From Octopus bimaculoides (taxonomy: Eukaryota), in contig NC_069004.1 in NCBI RefSeq assembly GCF_001194135.2, forward strand, positions 28,339,310 to 28,376,379: a stretch of 37,070 bases of DNA. Direction: 5' to 3'. This document shows, one piece after another, positions 11,890 to 23,581 of the stretch. A program made the position numbers and the translations under genes. How positions within the stretch are numbered: the first letter of the stretch is position 1; each line of letters opens with the position of its first letter. The notes under the pieces were generated by a model. The model made no database searches and was not told the origin of the DNA. It worked only from the letters and a program-made list of their open reading frames with translations.

Positions 11890-13412
11890 GCCTAATGGAC
11901 ATTAGCGTACCGCTACTGTCTAAAACCCGCTACTATTACTGGGTAGCCTTTATGGTTACAGTCGGAATGCCGCCTGTTTGTCTCATAGGGCGAAGGGTGG
12001 GGGCTGGCTTGCCTAGGGCTAAACAAACTCCATCACCACCAACAGTAACAGCAGCCACATTAACAGCCACCCAACCGTTGATAATGTCGGAACTGTTGTT
12101 ACTTCTGTAATGTTTTCTACAACGTTTCTTAATCTAGATCTCAAAGAAAAGATTTCTCTAAAACCATGTTAAACATGTTCCATTTACTTATATATACTTT
12201 TTCTTTTTTTTTTCATGACATTTTTAGTTTCGAACAGATTCTTTACCAAAATAAGAATATTTTTCCTTTTTTTAAAAAAAAAAAATGTTGTTTCCATTCT
12301 CTTCTCTTTTCCCCCCTTCATTCATCTGCCCCATTCCTTTCACGCCATCTATTTTACTTTTCTGTCTTTGAGTCACACGTTTGGAAAGTTAAAAACAATT
12401 TCAAGTTATAGTTTTATGCTGTTGTTGTTCTTTGTGTGTGTGTGTGTGTGTGTGTGTTTAGGATTGGGTCGAAGAAAGAAGAATAACACGGAATAACACT
12501 AAAAAAAAACCCATATAGCAACCAACCATTTCTTTTTTTTGACCTTTCCAAGTTTATTTTAGGCTATGTTATTATGCTTTTTAAAAGGCACTGCAGCTGT
12601 TCTTAAGTTTGGCTTCAATTAAAAACATGGCTGCTATTTCTGGCAAGTCCAGTGACCACAGAAGCTACCTCATTGATTCATACTGGTATGAATCAAATAG
12701 AGATTTATAGAAGTAGTATTGTAGTGTCTTATGGCCGGATGCGGTTCCTTTCGTCAACCCTTGCCTGTTTTTCCAATCTTCAAAGGCGCAGAGCTTCAGG
12801 ATGTATTCTTTACTGAGAATGCAAACAAGAAAGAGTTCCGCTTTATTCAGTATCATGTGAATTGCAATATACATATGCATATCAGTTGAGAATCGGTATT
12901 CTAGCTCAGACCATCTCGTCTCTTCTTCATCTGGGTCTTTGTTGTTTATATGACCTGTGTGCGACCATGTAGAGGCTCTCACATTCCTTCAGGTGTGTGT
13001 GTGTGTGTGTAATCGACAAAGAGTACAGTGAACTTGCCATGGAGTGGAAAATTCAAAATTTCAGACAAAGTCCCTCTTCAAGGAAAAGTTTCACCATTTA
13101 TATATATATATATAGACATGTTTTCTATGTAGTGCCTCGTGTTTATATGTTAAATCTAGGTTGTTCCGCTGACGATAGCTGGCCTTGCAAAATATTTTAT
13201 TTTGCTAAAATAGCTTGAAACCATGGTTCGGAAAATAGATTGGTAAATGTTTTAAATTTTTCATTCCCTTTCGAAATTATCCCTAATTGTGGTATAGAGT
13301 TTTTTGCTGCTCTTTCTGGCGGGTTAGATGTCTTATTATAGGCATCTCTGTATTTCAAATGNNNNNNNNNNNNNNNNNNNNNNNNNNNNNNNNNNNNNNN
13401 NNNNNNNNNNNN

Positions 13413-13452
<40 letters not shown>

Positions 13453-14173
13453 CACGCAAAGAGCGATCATATATATGTGTATGTATGTATATAGCTTAAA
13501 AGTTGTGGATAGCGGAAAAAAAAAGTAGTGCTATGGGAACATGGATTTGCAGTATTGCGTTACGGTTTCTTAACCAGCTCTGAGTTCAAATTCCATCGAG
13601 GTTAACTGTACCTTAGGTCTTCCCAGGTGAATAAAATAAAATATCAGTCAACAGTCTGGAGCTGAGTGATAAAAAAAAAATGACTTAAGTTTAAAGAATA
13701 TACTTTAAAACATGCATCATAGTCCTTGCTTGGCCAAATCTATTGTTTTCTGGTTCAATTCCCAGTTGTAGCTATATCGCTTTGGAGTCTTGACGGTTTC
13801 TCTGGAAAAAAAGCATGGCGCTTAACATTTTTTTTCTTTTTTGTTCCATTTCCCAAAAAAGAAAGGAAAAAAAACGCGTGAATTTTTTTCTTTTAAATAA
13901 ACAAACAGAATAAAATAGTTTTAATGGTGAATAAACTTCGACTATATTCTTAGAAAACTAAAACGAATACCTACATACATGCATACTAAAAGCAACTATA
14001 ATAATAATAATAATAATAATAATAGTAAAGTCACTCGTCACTCCCCCCTGCCCCTCCACACTGATCAAAACAAAATAAATCTATTTCCAGAGCTAGCTCG
14101 GTCCATAAATCACAACAGCCCTTCCCTCCTCTTCGTCCTCCTCTTCTTCTTCTCCCAGATGACTGTAACTTTG

Positions 14174-14263
14174 TCAACTTAAATCTACATCGTCTTTCGC
14201 TCCTGCTCCTCCTCCTCTTCCTCCTACTCCGTTGATGCTGTTAAACGGATGATGTTTGAACAC
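14174..14263 (-). other. Putative downstream exon (coding part) of a nested antisense transcript
   Basis: Minus-strand acceptor tttttatattatttttttcctccaacattacag|GTG. Continues the 15086 ATG frame to TGA at 14176-14174. Confidence 0.3.
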
Positions 14264-14379
14264 CTGTAATGTTGGAGGAAAAAATAATATAAAAATCTTT
14301 TAAAAATTCCTTGCTCTCTCTCTCTCTCTCTATTTCTTCTATGTCACTTTCTATCTATCTATCTTTACTGGTAGATAGA

Positions 14380-14760
14380 TTAATATAACTGTATATATGT
14401 GTATGTATATATAAAAGTGTTTGTGTGTGTGTGAGTGCATGTGTGTATATATAAATATGTGTATATATAGATATGTATATGTGTGTACGTGTGTATATGT
14501 ATATATGTGTGTATGTATATATGTGTGTATATATATATATTATGTATATATGTGTGTATATATATATATATTGTGTATATAGGTGTATATATGTATGTAT
14601 TATGTGTGTGTATATATGTATGTATTATATGTGTAAATATGTATTATAAGTGTATATATGTGTATATGCATGCCTGTGTATGTGTGTGTGTGTGTGAGTA
14701 TAATTACTTGCTCATTCTCATATGCAAAAATGGGTCGTGTGTGTGTGTGTGTGTGTGTTT
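14380..14760. repeat. Degenerate (TG)/(TA) low-complexity tract; similar tracts at 15140-15550 and 18550-18790
   Basis: Directly visible. Confidence 0.95.
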
Positions 14761-14942
14761 ACAGAAAAGAAATTAAAACTAACATCTTTTTTCATCTTAT
14801 TCTTCTTGTTATTCATGTTGGTGTTTCGTTCCCTCCTTCCCTCTCTCTCGCTCCCTACTCTCCCCCCCCTCTCTCTGGAGTTGCTAAGACAAGGGTTATT
14901 CTAATAAGCTGACGTTGTATTGTTTTTATTTCATTTTTATTT

Positions 14943-14983
<41 letters not shown>

Positions 14984-15002
14984 GCTTGAAAGACATTATT
15001 AC

Positions 15003-15106
15003 CTTCTGCTCCCTGGTTCGATATGGAGGAATGATTGAGTAGAGACGAAGTGGTTGCGGCCTGGGGAGACCCAAGTGATAGAACATGCCAACAGTGGAGG
15101 AGGCTA
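15003..15106 (-). other. Putative exon of a nested antisense transcript
   Basis: Minus strand has a pyrimidine tract gctttcctcccccccctcccccag (NAGNAG cag/tag) and donor AAG|gtaata. Non-repetitive sequence between microsatellites; ATG at 15086. No homology recognised. Confidence 0.3.
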
Positions 15107-15455
15107 CTGGGGGAGGGGGGGGAGGAAAGCTTTTTTCGACTCTGTGTGTGTGTGTGTGTGTGTGTATCTCTCTCTCTATATATATTTATATGTATAAATG
15201 TATGTGTATATGGATGCACATATGTATATATGTGTGTGTGTATATATGTGTGTACGTGTATATATGTATATATATATATATGCATGTGTATATATATATA
15301 TATATGTATACGTGTATATATATATATATATAATGAAAAAATAACGAAAAAGTGTATATATGTGTATATATATATGTATACATGTGTATATATGTATATA
15401 TATATGTATACATGTGATACATGCATATGTATACATGTGTATATATATATGTATA

Positions 15456-15494
<39 letters not shown>

Positions 15495-15623
15495 CGTTTG
15501 GCGATAAAAACAGGAAAATAGAGTGTGTATGTATATATATGTATGTGTATGATATTTTAATAATTGGCAGANNNNNNNNNNAGTAGTAGAAGTGTTGGGT
15601 TATAGTTGTATTAGTTGTGGTAT

Positions 15624-15919
15624 GGAGGGCGGTTAGGGCAGCGGACTCGCGGTTTCGATTCCCAGACCGGGCGTTGTATGTGTTTATTGAGCGAAAACAC
15701 CTAAAAGCTCCACGAGGCACTGGCAGCGGCTGGGTGGCGACCCCTGTTGTACTCTTTCGCCCCAACTTTCCCTCACCCTTTCTTCCTATTTCTTGAGTAA
15801 CGCTGCGATGGACTGGCGTCCCGTCCAGCTGGGGGGAACACATACGCCATTGACACCGGGAAACCGGGCCCATGACCCTGGCTAGGCTTTAAAAGGCCGC
15901 ATAAATAAAAATAAAAAAA
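15624..15919 (+). mobile_element. SINE family C2
   Basis: Same architecture as 23281-23581 with an A-rich tail. Confidence 0.88.
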
Positions 15920-16125
15920 TCACTTATCGCATTAGCGCAATTACATGAAATATTCACGGTTATGTACGTGGCTGATAGATGCACTTTAACTAAAGATTGT
16001 ATCATATGTATAGGATTTTTTTGTTTTGTTTATGGGGGAAACGGAAAAAATAAGAGTGAATATTTATTTTATGAGTGCCGTGTATTAAGTCTATAAAATT
16101 GTGCATAAAGTATATAAAGTGTATT

Positions 16126-16491
16126 TGTTGGTACTCCGTTGCTTACGACGTCGAGGATTCCAGTTGATCCGATCAACGGAACAGCCTCCTCTTGAAATTA
16201 ACATGCAAGTGGCTGAGCACTCCACAGACACATGTACCCTTAATGTAATTCTCGGGGATATTCAGCGTGACACAGTGTGACAAGGCCGACCCCTTTGAAT
16301 TACAGGTACAATAGAAACAGGAAGTAAGAGTGAGAGAAAGTTGTGGTGAAAGAGTACAGCAGGGTTCGCCACCATCCCCTGCCAGAGCCACGTAGAGCTT
16401 TTGGCGTTTTCGCTCAATAAACACTCACAACGCCCGGTCTGGGAATCGAAACCGCGATCTTATGACCGCGAGTCCGCTGCCCTAACCACTG
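16126..16491 (-). mobile_element. SINE family C1 with TSD
   Basis: Reverse complement of C1; flanked by tatataaagtg(t/c)att at 16111-16125 and 16496-16510. Confidence 0.9.
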
Positions 16492-16903
16492 TGTATATAT
16501 AAAGTGCATTAAGCGATCCAATTTCTTTCACTTTTCAATGAGGAGCAGATGAGCCACTATTTTTCGATACAGACACAACATAAGCTACGCTTCCAGGTGT
16601 TTTTTTAATATAAAGTTTTCAGAAATAACCCAACAGGTTTACTTATTAATTCCGAGAAATATTCACGGGTTCCGCTATTGTACTATAATATACAAACAGG
16701 GGAAGTTTGCCATTACATTCTAAGAGTTTGTCCAACAAATTACAATTTTCGTATTGCTTACACTACATAAATTCGTAATCAACAGCTGTGCAGTAGCTCA
16801 TCCCTGGTTCTTCTAAACAAAACTGGACCCGCAAGGAAAGGTGGAGGGAAACTATACAGTCCTGAGAGGAAGGGTACCATCTTCCAACTATGTATCTTTT
16901 TCT

Positions 16904-17134
16904 TATTTCTTTAATGCCTTCAAGGGGCTACACATAGAGGGGACAAACAAGTACAGACAAAGGGATTAAGTCGATTATATCGACCCCAGTGCCAAACTGG
17001 TACATATTTAATCGACCCCGAAAGGATGAAAGGCAAAGTCGACCTCGGCGGAATTTGAACTCAGAACATAACAGCAGACGAAATACCACTATGCATTTCG
17101 CCCGGCGTGCTAACGTTTCTGCCAGCTCGCCGCC
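16904..17134 (-). mobile_element. SINE family A with 22-bp TSD and a third type of 3' end
   Basis: Reverse complement of family A; flanked by TTC(C/A)AACTATGTATCTTTTTCT at 16882-16903 and 17135-17156. Confidence 0.9.
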
Positions 17135-17654
17135 TTCAAACTATGTATCTTTTTCTGATAGACAGACAGACACACCTTGCATCCTTTTCGGGAGCACCAT
17201 CAGTAAATGTTGCTGCCAAGAATCTTTTTCCTTATGTAATGTTTTCTTTTCTTCTTTTTTTTTGTGTGTGTATGCATAATTTTCTTTGAGGGATAACCTC
17301 CNNNNNNNNNNNNNNNNNNNNNNNNNNNNNNNNNNNNNNNNNNNNNNNNNNNNNNNNNNNNNNNNNNNNNNNNNNNNNNNNNNNNNNNNNNNNNNNNNNN
17401 NNNNNNNNNNNNNNNNNNNNNNNNNNNNNNNNNNNNNNNNNNNNNNNNNNNNNNNNNNNNNNNNNNNNNNNNNNNNNNNNNNNNNNNNNNNNNNNNNNNN
17501 NNNNNNNNNNNNNNNNNNNNNNNNNNNNNNNNNGAATTTCGTTTCTATAATAAGCATACATAACTACATCAATACACCAAATTTGAATTAAAGGAACTGG
17601 AAAATGAAATGCAAACAAAAGATCCTAATTAACTACCTAATACACACACACACA

Positions 17655-17850
17655 CGTGTCTTTGTGTCTGTGTTTGTCCCCCTACCACTGCTTGACAACT
17701 GGTGCTAGTGTATTTATGCCCCTGTAACTTGGTGGTTCGGCAAAAAGAGACCGATAGAATAAGTACCTGGAGTCGATTCATTCGACTAAAAATTCTTGAA
17801 GGCCGTGCCCCAGCATGGCCGCAGTCTAATGACTGAAACAAGTAAAGATA
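17655..17850 (+). mobile_element. SINE family B 3' module
   Basis: gtgtttgtcccc..gcttgacaac..cagcatggccgcagtctaatgactgaaacaagtaaa. Confidence 0.8.
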
Positions 17851-18570
17851 GACAAAAGGTGTCTGGTCTAGTGTTTCTTTGTTCTATGAGAGAGATTGTA
17901 TTATTACTTGAAACGGCTGCGCAGCTAGGAATCGAACGCTGGTCCGGACCGAAAAGACTAGCAGTGTCAGGCTGGAGTTTTTACCACTACCTTTTCACTC
18001 AGACGATGGCCTCCATATGAAAGGAAGTGCGAAGTATGAAAGAAAGGCGAGCTCAGCAAAAGAAAATTGAGCATCACTGCTCGCTTCACTGGTTGGTTGC
18101 ACTAGTTTGTTGCAGCGCTTCATTGCATTGCACCGTGCTATGGAAAACTTGCTTGTAAATATCATTACAGGAATATATTCACATACGCACCAAAAAAGAA
18201 AAAAGTTATACATTACAAAGATTATACCGTCATATAATAATGTGTGTGTGTATAGACTGAAGGGTATGTATGTGCTGGTTGTGTTCATGTATGGGTGTCT
18301 TAATGTGTTGAGAGTTTTACGGCTTTGCCATGATTCACAGGTCGTTGACGTTTCCATAGAATCTTCAACTATCCAAACTACAACGCTTTATTGCTGCTAA
18401 ATTCTTGTCAGAAAAATTTCACTATCTCACACACACACGTTCTCTCTCTCACCTAAAACAGCAAACCAAACAACCATCTGTGGTGGTGGTGGTAGTGGCG
18501 GCGGTGAGCTTTTTCATTTTGCTGCAGATTTTCTTTTATATACAATACATATACACACACATTTCTGTCT

Positions 18571-18604
<34 letters not shown>

Positions 18605-18643
18605 AATATATACACACATGTATATATACATATATACACATAT

Positions 18644-18684
<41 letters not shown>

Positions 18685-19245
18685 CATACACACACATATA
18701 CGTGTGTCTATGTGTATGTATGTGTGTATCAGTCAGTATGTATGCGTAAATATGCCCTGTTATACGCACTCACATACATACAAACACAAAAAGAGAAAAC
18801 TCCGGTGTTTTTCCCTTTTTTTTATTTTGTCTTTCGCCTCTCTCTTTGTCTTGTTTTATTTTCACCCTTGACTTGAGTAGAGAAACNNNNNNNNNNNNNN
18901 NNNNNNNNNNNNNNNNNNNNNNNNNNNNNNNNNNNNNNNNNNNNNNNNNNNNNNNNNNNNNNNNNNNNNNNNNNNNNNNNNNNNNNNNNNNNNNNNNNNN
19001 NNNNNNNNNNNNNNNNNNNNNNNNNNNNNNNNNNNNNNNNNNNNNNNNNNNNNNNNNNNNNNNNNNNNNNNNNNNNNNNNNNNNNNNNNNNNNNNNNNNN
19101 NNNNNNNNNNNNNNNNNNNNNNNNNNNNNNNNNNNNNNNNNNNNNNNNNNNNNNNNNNNNNNNNNNNNNNNNNNNNNNNNNNNNNNNNNNNNNNNNNNNN
19201 NNNNNNNNNNNNNNNNNNNNNNNNNNNNNNNNNNNNNNNNNNNNN

Positions 19246-19320
19246 ATATATATATATATATACATATATATATAGAGAGACATATATATATATATATATA
19301 CACATATATATATAGAGACA

Positions 19321-19352
<32 letters not shown>

Positions 19353-19547
19353 GAGACATATATATATATATATATACATATATATATAGAGAGACATATA
19401 TATATATATATACATATATATATAGAGACATATATATATATACATATATATATAGAGACATATATATATATAGAGACATATTTATATATAGACATATATA
19501 TATATATACATATATATATACATACATATATATATATAGAGAGAGAC

Positions 19548-19578
<31 letters not shown>

Positions 19579-19747
19579 CATACATATATATAGATAGATA
19601 TATATATATATATGTCTTATATAATGAAACAAAAAAAGGATAAATGGCGAAGAGGGAGTGATGTGGATTTAGGGTAAGTTGAAAACATATGTACACACAT
19701 ATATATATTTATATATATTATGTATACATACATACATATATATGTAG

Positions 19748-19842
<95 letters not shown>

Positions 19843-19960
19843 TATATATATAAGTGTATATGTGTATATATATATATATATATGTAGGTGTATATGTGTG
19901 TGTGTATGTATATATATATATATATATACATGTAGGTGTATATGTATATATATATATAAA
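19246..19960. repeat. (TA)n tract with higher-order units (TA)n-CA-(TA)n-GAGACA
   Basis: Directly visible; about 8 units in 19246-19610. Confidence 0.9.
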
Positions 19961-20246
19961 AACCTTTTTTTTTTCCCCTGAAACCCATAGCTATAGTTTC
20001 TTTTTTGCTTTCTCTTCTTCTTCTCCTCCTCCTCGCTACCGTTTCAAACACAAGAAACATTACGTTATAACTTTTATACTTTTTAGTTGCCAAGGCATGA
20101 CAAAGTAAAAGCCGAACAACAACAGCAACAATGAAGTCTGATACTAAAATATTAGTTACATTTGTCTACATAAAACTATTATTCAAAGTCTTCTTCTTGC
20201 TCTTGTTATTTGTGTTAGCTTGTTTTTAAAACGAAACATATATATA

Positions 20247-20295
<49 letters not shown>

Positions 20296-21264
20296 NNNNN
20301 NNNNNNNNNNNNNNNNNNNNNNNNNNNNNNNNNNNNNNNNNNNNNNNNNNNNNNNNNNNNNNNNNNNNNNNNNNNNNNNNNNNNNNNNNNNNNNNNNNNN
20401 NNNNNNNNNNNNNNNNNNNNNNNNNNNNNNNNNNNNNNNNNNNNNNNNNNNNNNNNNNNNNNNNNNNNNNNNNNNNNNNNNNNNNNNNNNNNNNNNNNNN
20501 NNNNNNNNNNNNNNNNNNNNNNNNNNNNNNNNNNNNNNNNNNNNNNNNNNNNNNNNNNNNNNNNNNNNNNNNNNNNNNNNNNNNNNNNNNNNNNNNNNNN
20601 NNNNNNNNNNNNNNNNNNNNNNNNNNNNNNNNNNNNNNNNNNNNNNNNNNNNNNNNNNNNNNNNNNNNNNNNNNNNNNNNNNNNNNNNNNNNNNNNNNNN
20701 NNNNNNNNNNNNNNNNNNNNNNNNNNNNNNNNNNNNNNNNNNNNNNNNNNNNNNNNNNNNNNNNNNNNNNNNNNNNNNNNNNNNNNNNNNNNNNNNNNNN
20801 NNNNNNNNNNNNNNNNNNNNNNNNNNNNNNNNNNNNNNNNNNNNNNNNNNNNNNNNNNNNNNNNNNNNNNNNNNNNNNNNNNNNNNNNNNNNNNNNNNNN
20901 NNNNNNNNNNNNNNNNNNNNNNNNNNNNNNNNNNNNNNNNNNNNNNNNNNNNNNNNNNNNNNNNNNNNNNNNNNNNNNNNNNNNNNNNNNNNNNNNNNNN
21001 NNNNNNNNNNNNNNNNNNNNNNNNNNNNNNNNNNNNNNNNNNNNNNNNNNNNNNNNNNNNNNNNNNNNNNNNNNNNNNNNNNNNNNNNNNNNNNNNNNNN
21101 NNNNNNNNNNNNNNNNNNNNNNNNNNNNNNNNNNNNNNNNNNNNNNNNNNNNNNNNNNNNNNNNNNNNNNNNNNNNNNNNNNNNNNNNNNNNNNNNNNNN
21201 NNNNNNNNNNNNNNNNNNNNNNNNNNNNNNNNNNNNNNNNNNNNNNNNNNNNNNNNNNNNNNNN

Positions 21265-21296
<32 letters not shown>

Positions 21297-21307
<11 letters not shown>

Positions 21308-21500
21308 ATATGTTTGTTCCCCCAATATCGCTAGACAACCGATGCTGGTGTGTTTACGTCCCCGTAACTTAGCGGTTCAGCAAAAGAAACCGATAGAATA
21401 AGCACTAGGCTTCCAAAGAATAAGTCCTGGGGTCGATTTGCTCGACTGACGGCGGTACTCCAACATGGCCGCAGTCAAATGACTGAAACAAGTAAAAGAG
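21297..21500 (+). mobile_element. SINE family B 3' module (head probably in the gap)
   Basis: Follows (TA)n at the gap edge; matches the 3' module. Confidence 0.8.
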
Positions 21501-21695
21501 TAATATTTAATTCTAAAAATACAATAGGATTTTTTAAAACGTTGAAGGGCTATCAGAGCCCACTTGAGTAAAACAGCAATCAAAAGGTTTCACTACTAAA
21601 AAAAATGTTTGAGAAACGCTAATCTAATCAAATCGCCACAAGGTGGCGTGTCGGATTTATGGCATCATTGTTTTCTGGGGCCTTAGCATCTAGAA

Positions 21696-21814
21696 CAGTG
21701 GTTCCTGAACTTTTTCAGGTTGCCGCCCCCTTGACACCCTGGCCACACTCCTAGCGCCCCACCCCAACTTCACCGCCCCCAGAGGGGCAATATCGCCCAC
21801 TTTGAGAACCACTA
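21696..21814. mobile_element. hAT/Charlie-type MITE (119 bp)
   Basis: TIRs CAGTGGTTC... / ...GAGAACCACTA; identical 8-bp TSD ATCTAGAA at 21688-21695 and 21815-21822, fitting the Charlie NTCTAGAN target preference. Confidence 0.9.
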
Positions 21815-21895
21815 ATCTAGAATGTCAAGTGCTCACAACTCTCTATCCGCCGGGCAATGGGATCGATCAGTGGACGTAGAGGTTATCGAGTCCAA

Positions 21896-22893
21896 CTCGG
21901 ATCTTTTCTGTTTGGCTGCCAAGGTCAATTTCATATTCAGTGTTAATGTTTACACATTTATAGGCTAATCAATGCCATGAAAATCATTTTCGTCATAAAT
22001 CAATAAACAGAGAGTTATTATTAGCTATTAAAGCTTGAAAATTTGGCGTAATTTTAGCCAATCGTAAGCCACAGACGCATTCATGCCTGTTTCCATAGTA
22101 ACAAGCCGAACGTGATAACTCTTTTGTGAGAAAGCACGTGTTGACAAATATATCGAGACCACTTGTTGACGCTGTTTTCTACTGTTTTACCCACCTGGAA
22201 ATTTTACCAATCTGTTTGGGAATAAGGAATTAATAAACTGGCCAACAAAATGTTTGTTATTTTAAAAATATTTAATTTGTAATGTGCTATTTTGTTTTTA
22301 GATAAATCTTTTAAGTTCGTGCTATAAGTCTCCATTTTTTGGGGGAAAATATTTAATTTGTAATGTGCTGTTTATCACATATGCATATTGAATGCTTAAA
22401 ACTACAAAAGACGTGTTGTTTATTTGTTTTTGTGTCATTGAGGTGGTTGGGAGGTGTTCTAAAAATAACAGCTAAATAACGTTTTCGGATAAATCTTTTA
22501 AGTTCGTGCTATCGCATTAAATGCATACTGAATGCTTAAAACTACAAAAGACATGTTGTTTTAGTCAACAAAATGTTTGTTTTTTAAAAAAATAATTAAT
22601 TTGTAATGTGCTGTTTATCACCTTAAATGCATATCGAATGCTTAAAACTACAAAAGACCTGTTGTTTACTTGTTTTCTGCGTGTAGAATACAAATATTGG
22701 CAACACGTGCTATTTTCAGGATGTTGACAAAATGTGCAGTCAAACAGAAACTGACTAGGTGAAAATGATCGAACTTTAAGCCTCTATAACGCCAGCAATT
22801 CAGCTTGGAAAAGTACATTAATATACCAAATTTTTAAATTTTCAATAAACTTTGATTTTTGAAATCTTGACAGCCAAACAGAAAAGACTTGAG
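21896..22893. mobile_element. Putative ~1 kb non-autonomous TIR element with internal tandem duplications
   Basis: Inverted repeat tcttttctgtttggctgccaag (21902-21923) vs cttgacagccaaacagaaaaga (22866-22887), 21/22 identical. Interior has three mosaic copies of AT-rich blocks at about 22240-22680. No clear TSD. Confidence 0.55.
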
Positions 22894-23279
22894 AAATCTG
22901 CTCCAGAAGCCTTTCAGATCGGGGAACCATTAATGGTTAATTACCAGAAGTCTTTGGCATTGGCAGTGCTCTTCAGGGGCTGTATTGATTCAAAATATAT
23001 CTCTGCAGACACTGGTGAAAGTGACATCAGACGGGTATATCTGAGATGTGCTCAAAGCGATGAAACTGTCCTACACATACTCATTCGGTGTTTGGGCATT
23101 GCTAACATGCTGGGTCAGTAATGTCCAGACACTACTGTTGCATGTGAGATGGATCCGTCCATCTATCTGCCAAATCCATAGTGATGATTGCCATACCACT
23201 CTCTAATCTAACAAGGAATGCAGTTTTTTTTTGTCATCTGATGGCTCTAGTGAAAAAGCTTGTGTAGTGGATGAGATTG
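22894..23279 (+). mobile_element. Degenerate L1/Tx1-like LINE ORF2 C-terminal fragment, interrupted by a SINE
   Basis: Contains YLRCAQSDETVLHILIRC, a decayed CxxC..ETxxH....C zinc knuckle (TGT CCG to TAT CTG). A shifted frame reads LSAKSIVMIA...AVFFCHLMALVKKLV*WMRL and resumes as KG after the SINE at 23596. Confidence 0.7.
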
Positions 23280-23280
23280 T

Positions 23281-23581
23281 GGAGGCTCAATGGCCCAGTG
23301 GTCAGGGCAGCGGACTCGCAATCGGAGGATCGATATTTCGATTCCCAGACCGGGCGTTGTGAGTGTTTATTGAGCGAAAACACCTAAGCTCCACGAGGCT
23401 CAGGCAGGGGGTGGTGGCGACCCCTGTTGTACTCTTTCGCCCCAACTTTCTCTTACTCTTTCTTCCTGTTTCTTGAGTAACGCTGCGATGGACTGGCGTC
23501 CCATCCAGCTGGGGGGAACACATACACCATAGAAACCGGGCCCATGAGCCTGGCTGGGCTTTGAAAGGGCGTAAAAAAAAA
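23281..23581 (+). mobile_element. SINE family C2 (C head plus different 3' module, poly(A) tail), inserted into the LINE fragment
   Basis: 14-bp TSD AGTGGATGAGATTG at 23266-23279 and 23582-23595; 3' module gctgcgatggactggcgtcccatccag...gaaaccgggcccatg. Confidence 0.9.

Noticed and set aside
12665-12982. 105-aa minus-strand ORF
   Set aside because: No recognisable domain or splice signals; partly repeat-like sequence.
17913-17990. tRNA-like sequence on the minus strand (GTAGTGGTAA A-box, GTTCGATTCC B-box)
   Set aside because: The 5' acceptor strand is missing and the T-stem is mismatched, so it is best seen as a decayed tRNA-derived repeat head and not a tRNA gene. The same applies to all SINE heads in the window.
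19640-19680. Plus-strand ATGGCG...TTTAGG|gtaagt, a perfect donor that looks like a first exon
   Set aside because: The ATG frame stops after 5 codons, the site is embedded between (TA)n tracts and no partner exon was found. A similar isolated donor near 18504 was also dismissed.
18770-21401. Long YI-repeat and X-containing ORFs
   Set aside because: (TA)n repeats and N gaps lack stop codons; these are artefacts.
22852-23121. 89-aa ORF as a nested protein-coding gene
   Set aside because: It spans a TIR end and a decayed LINE zinc-knuckle fragment.
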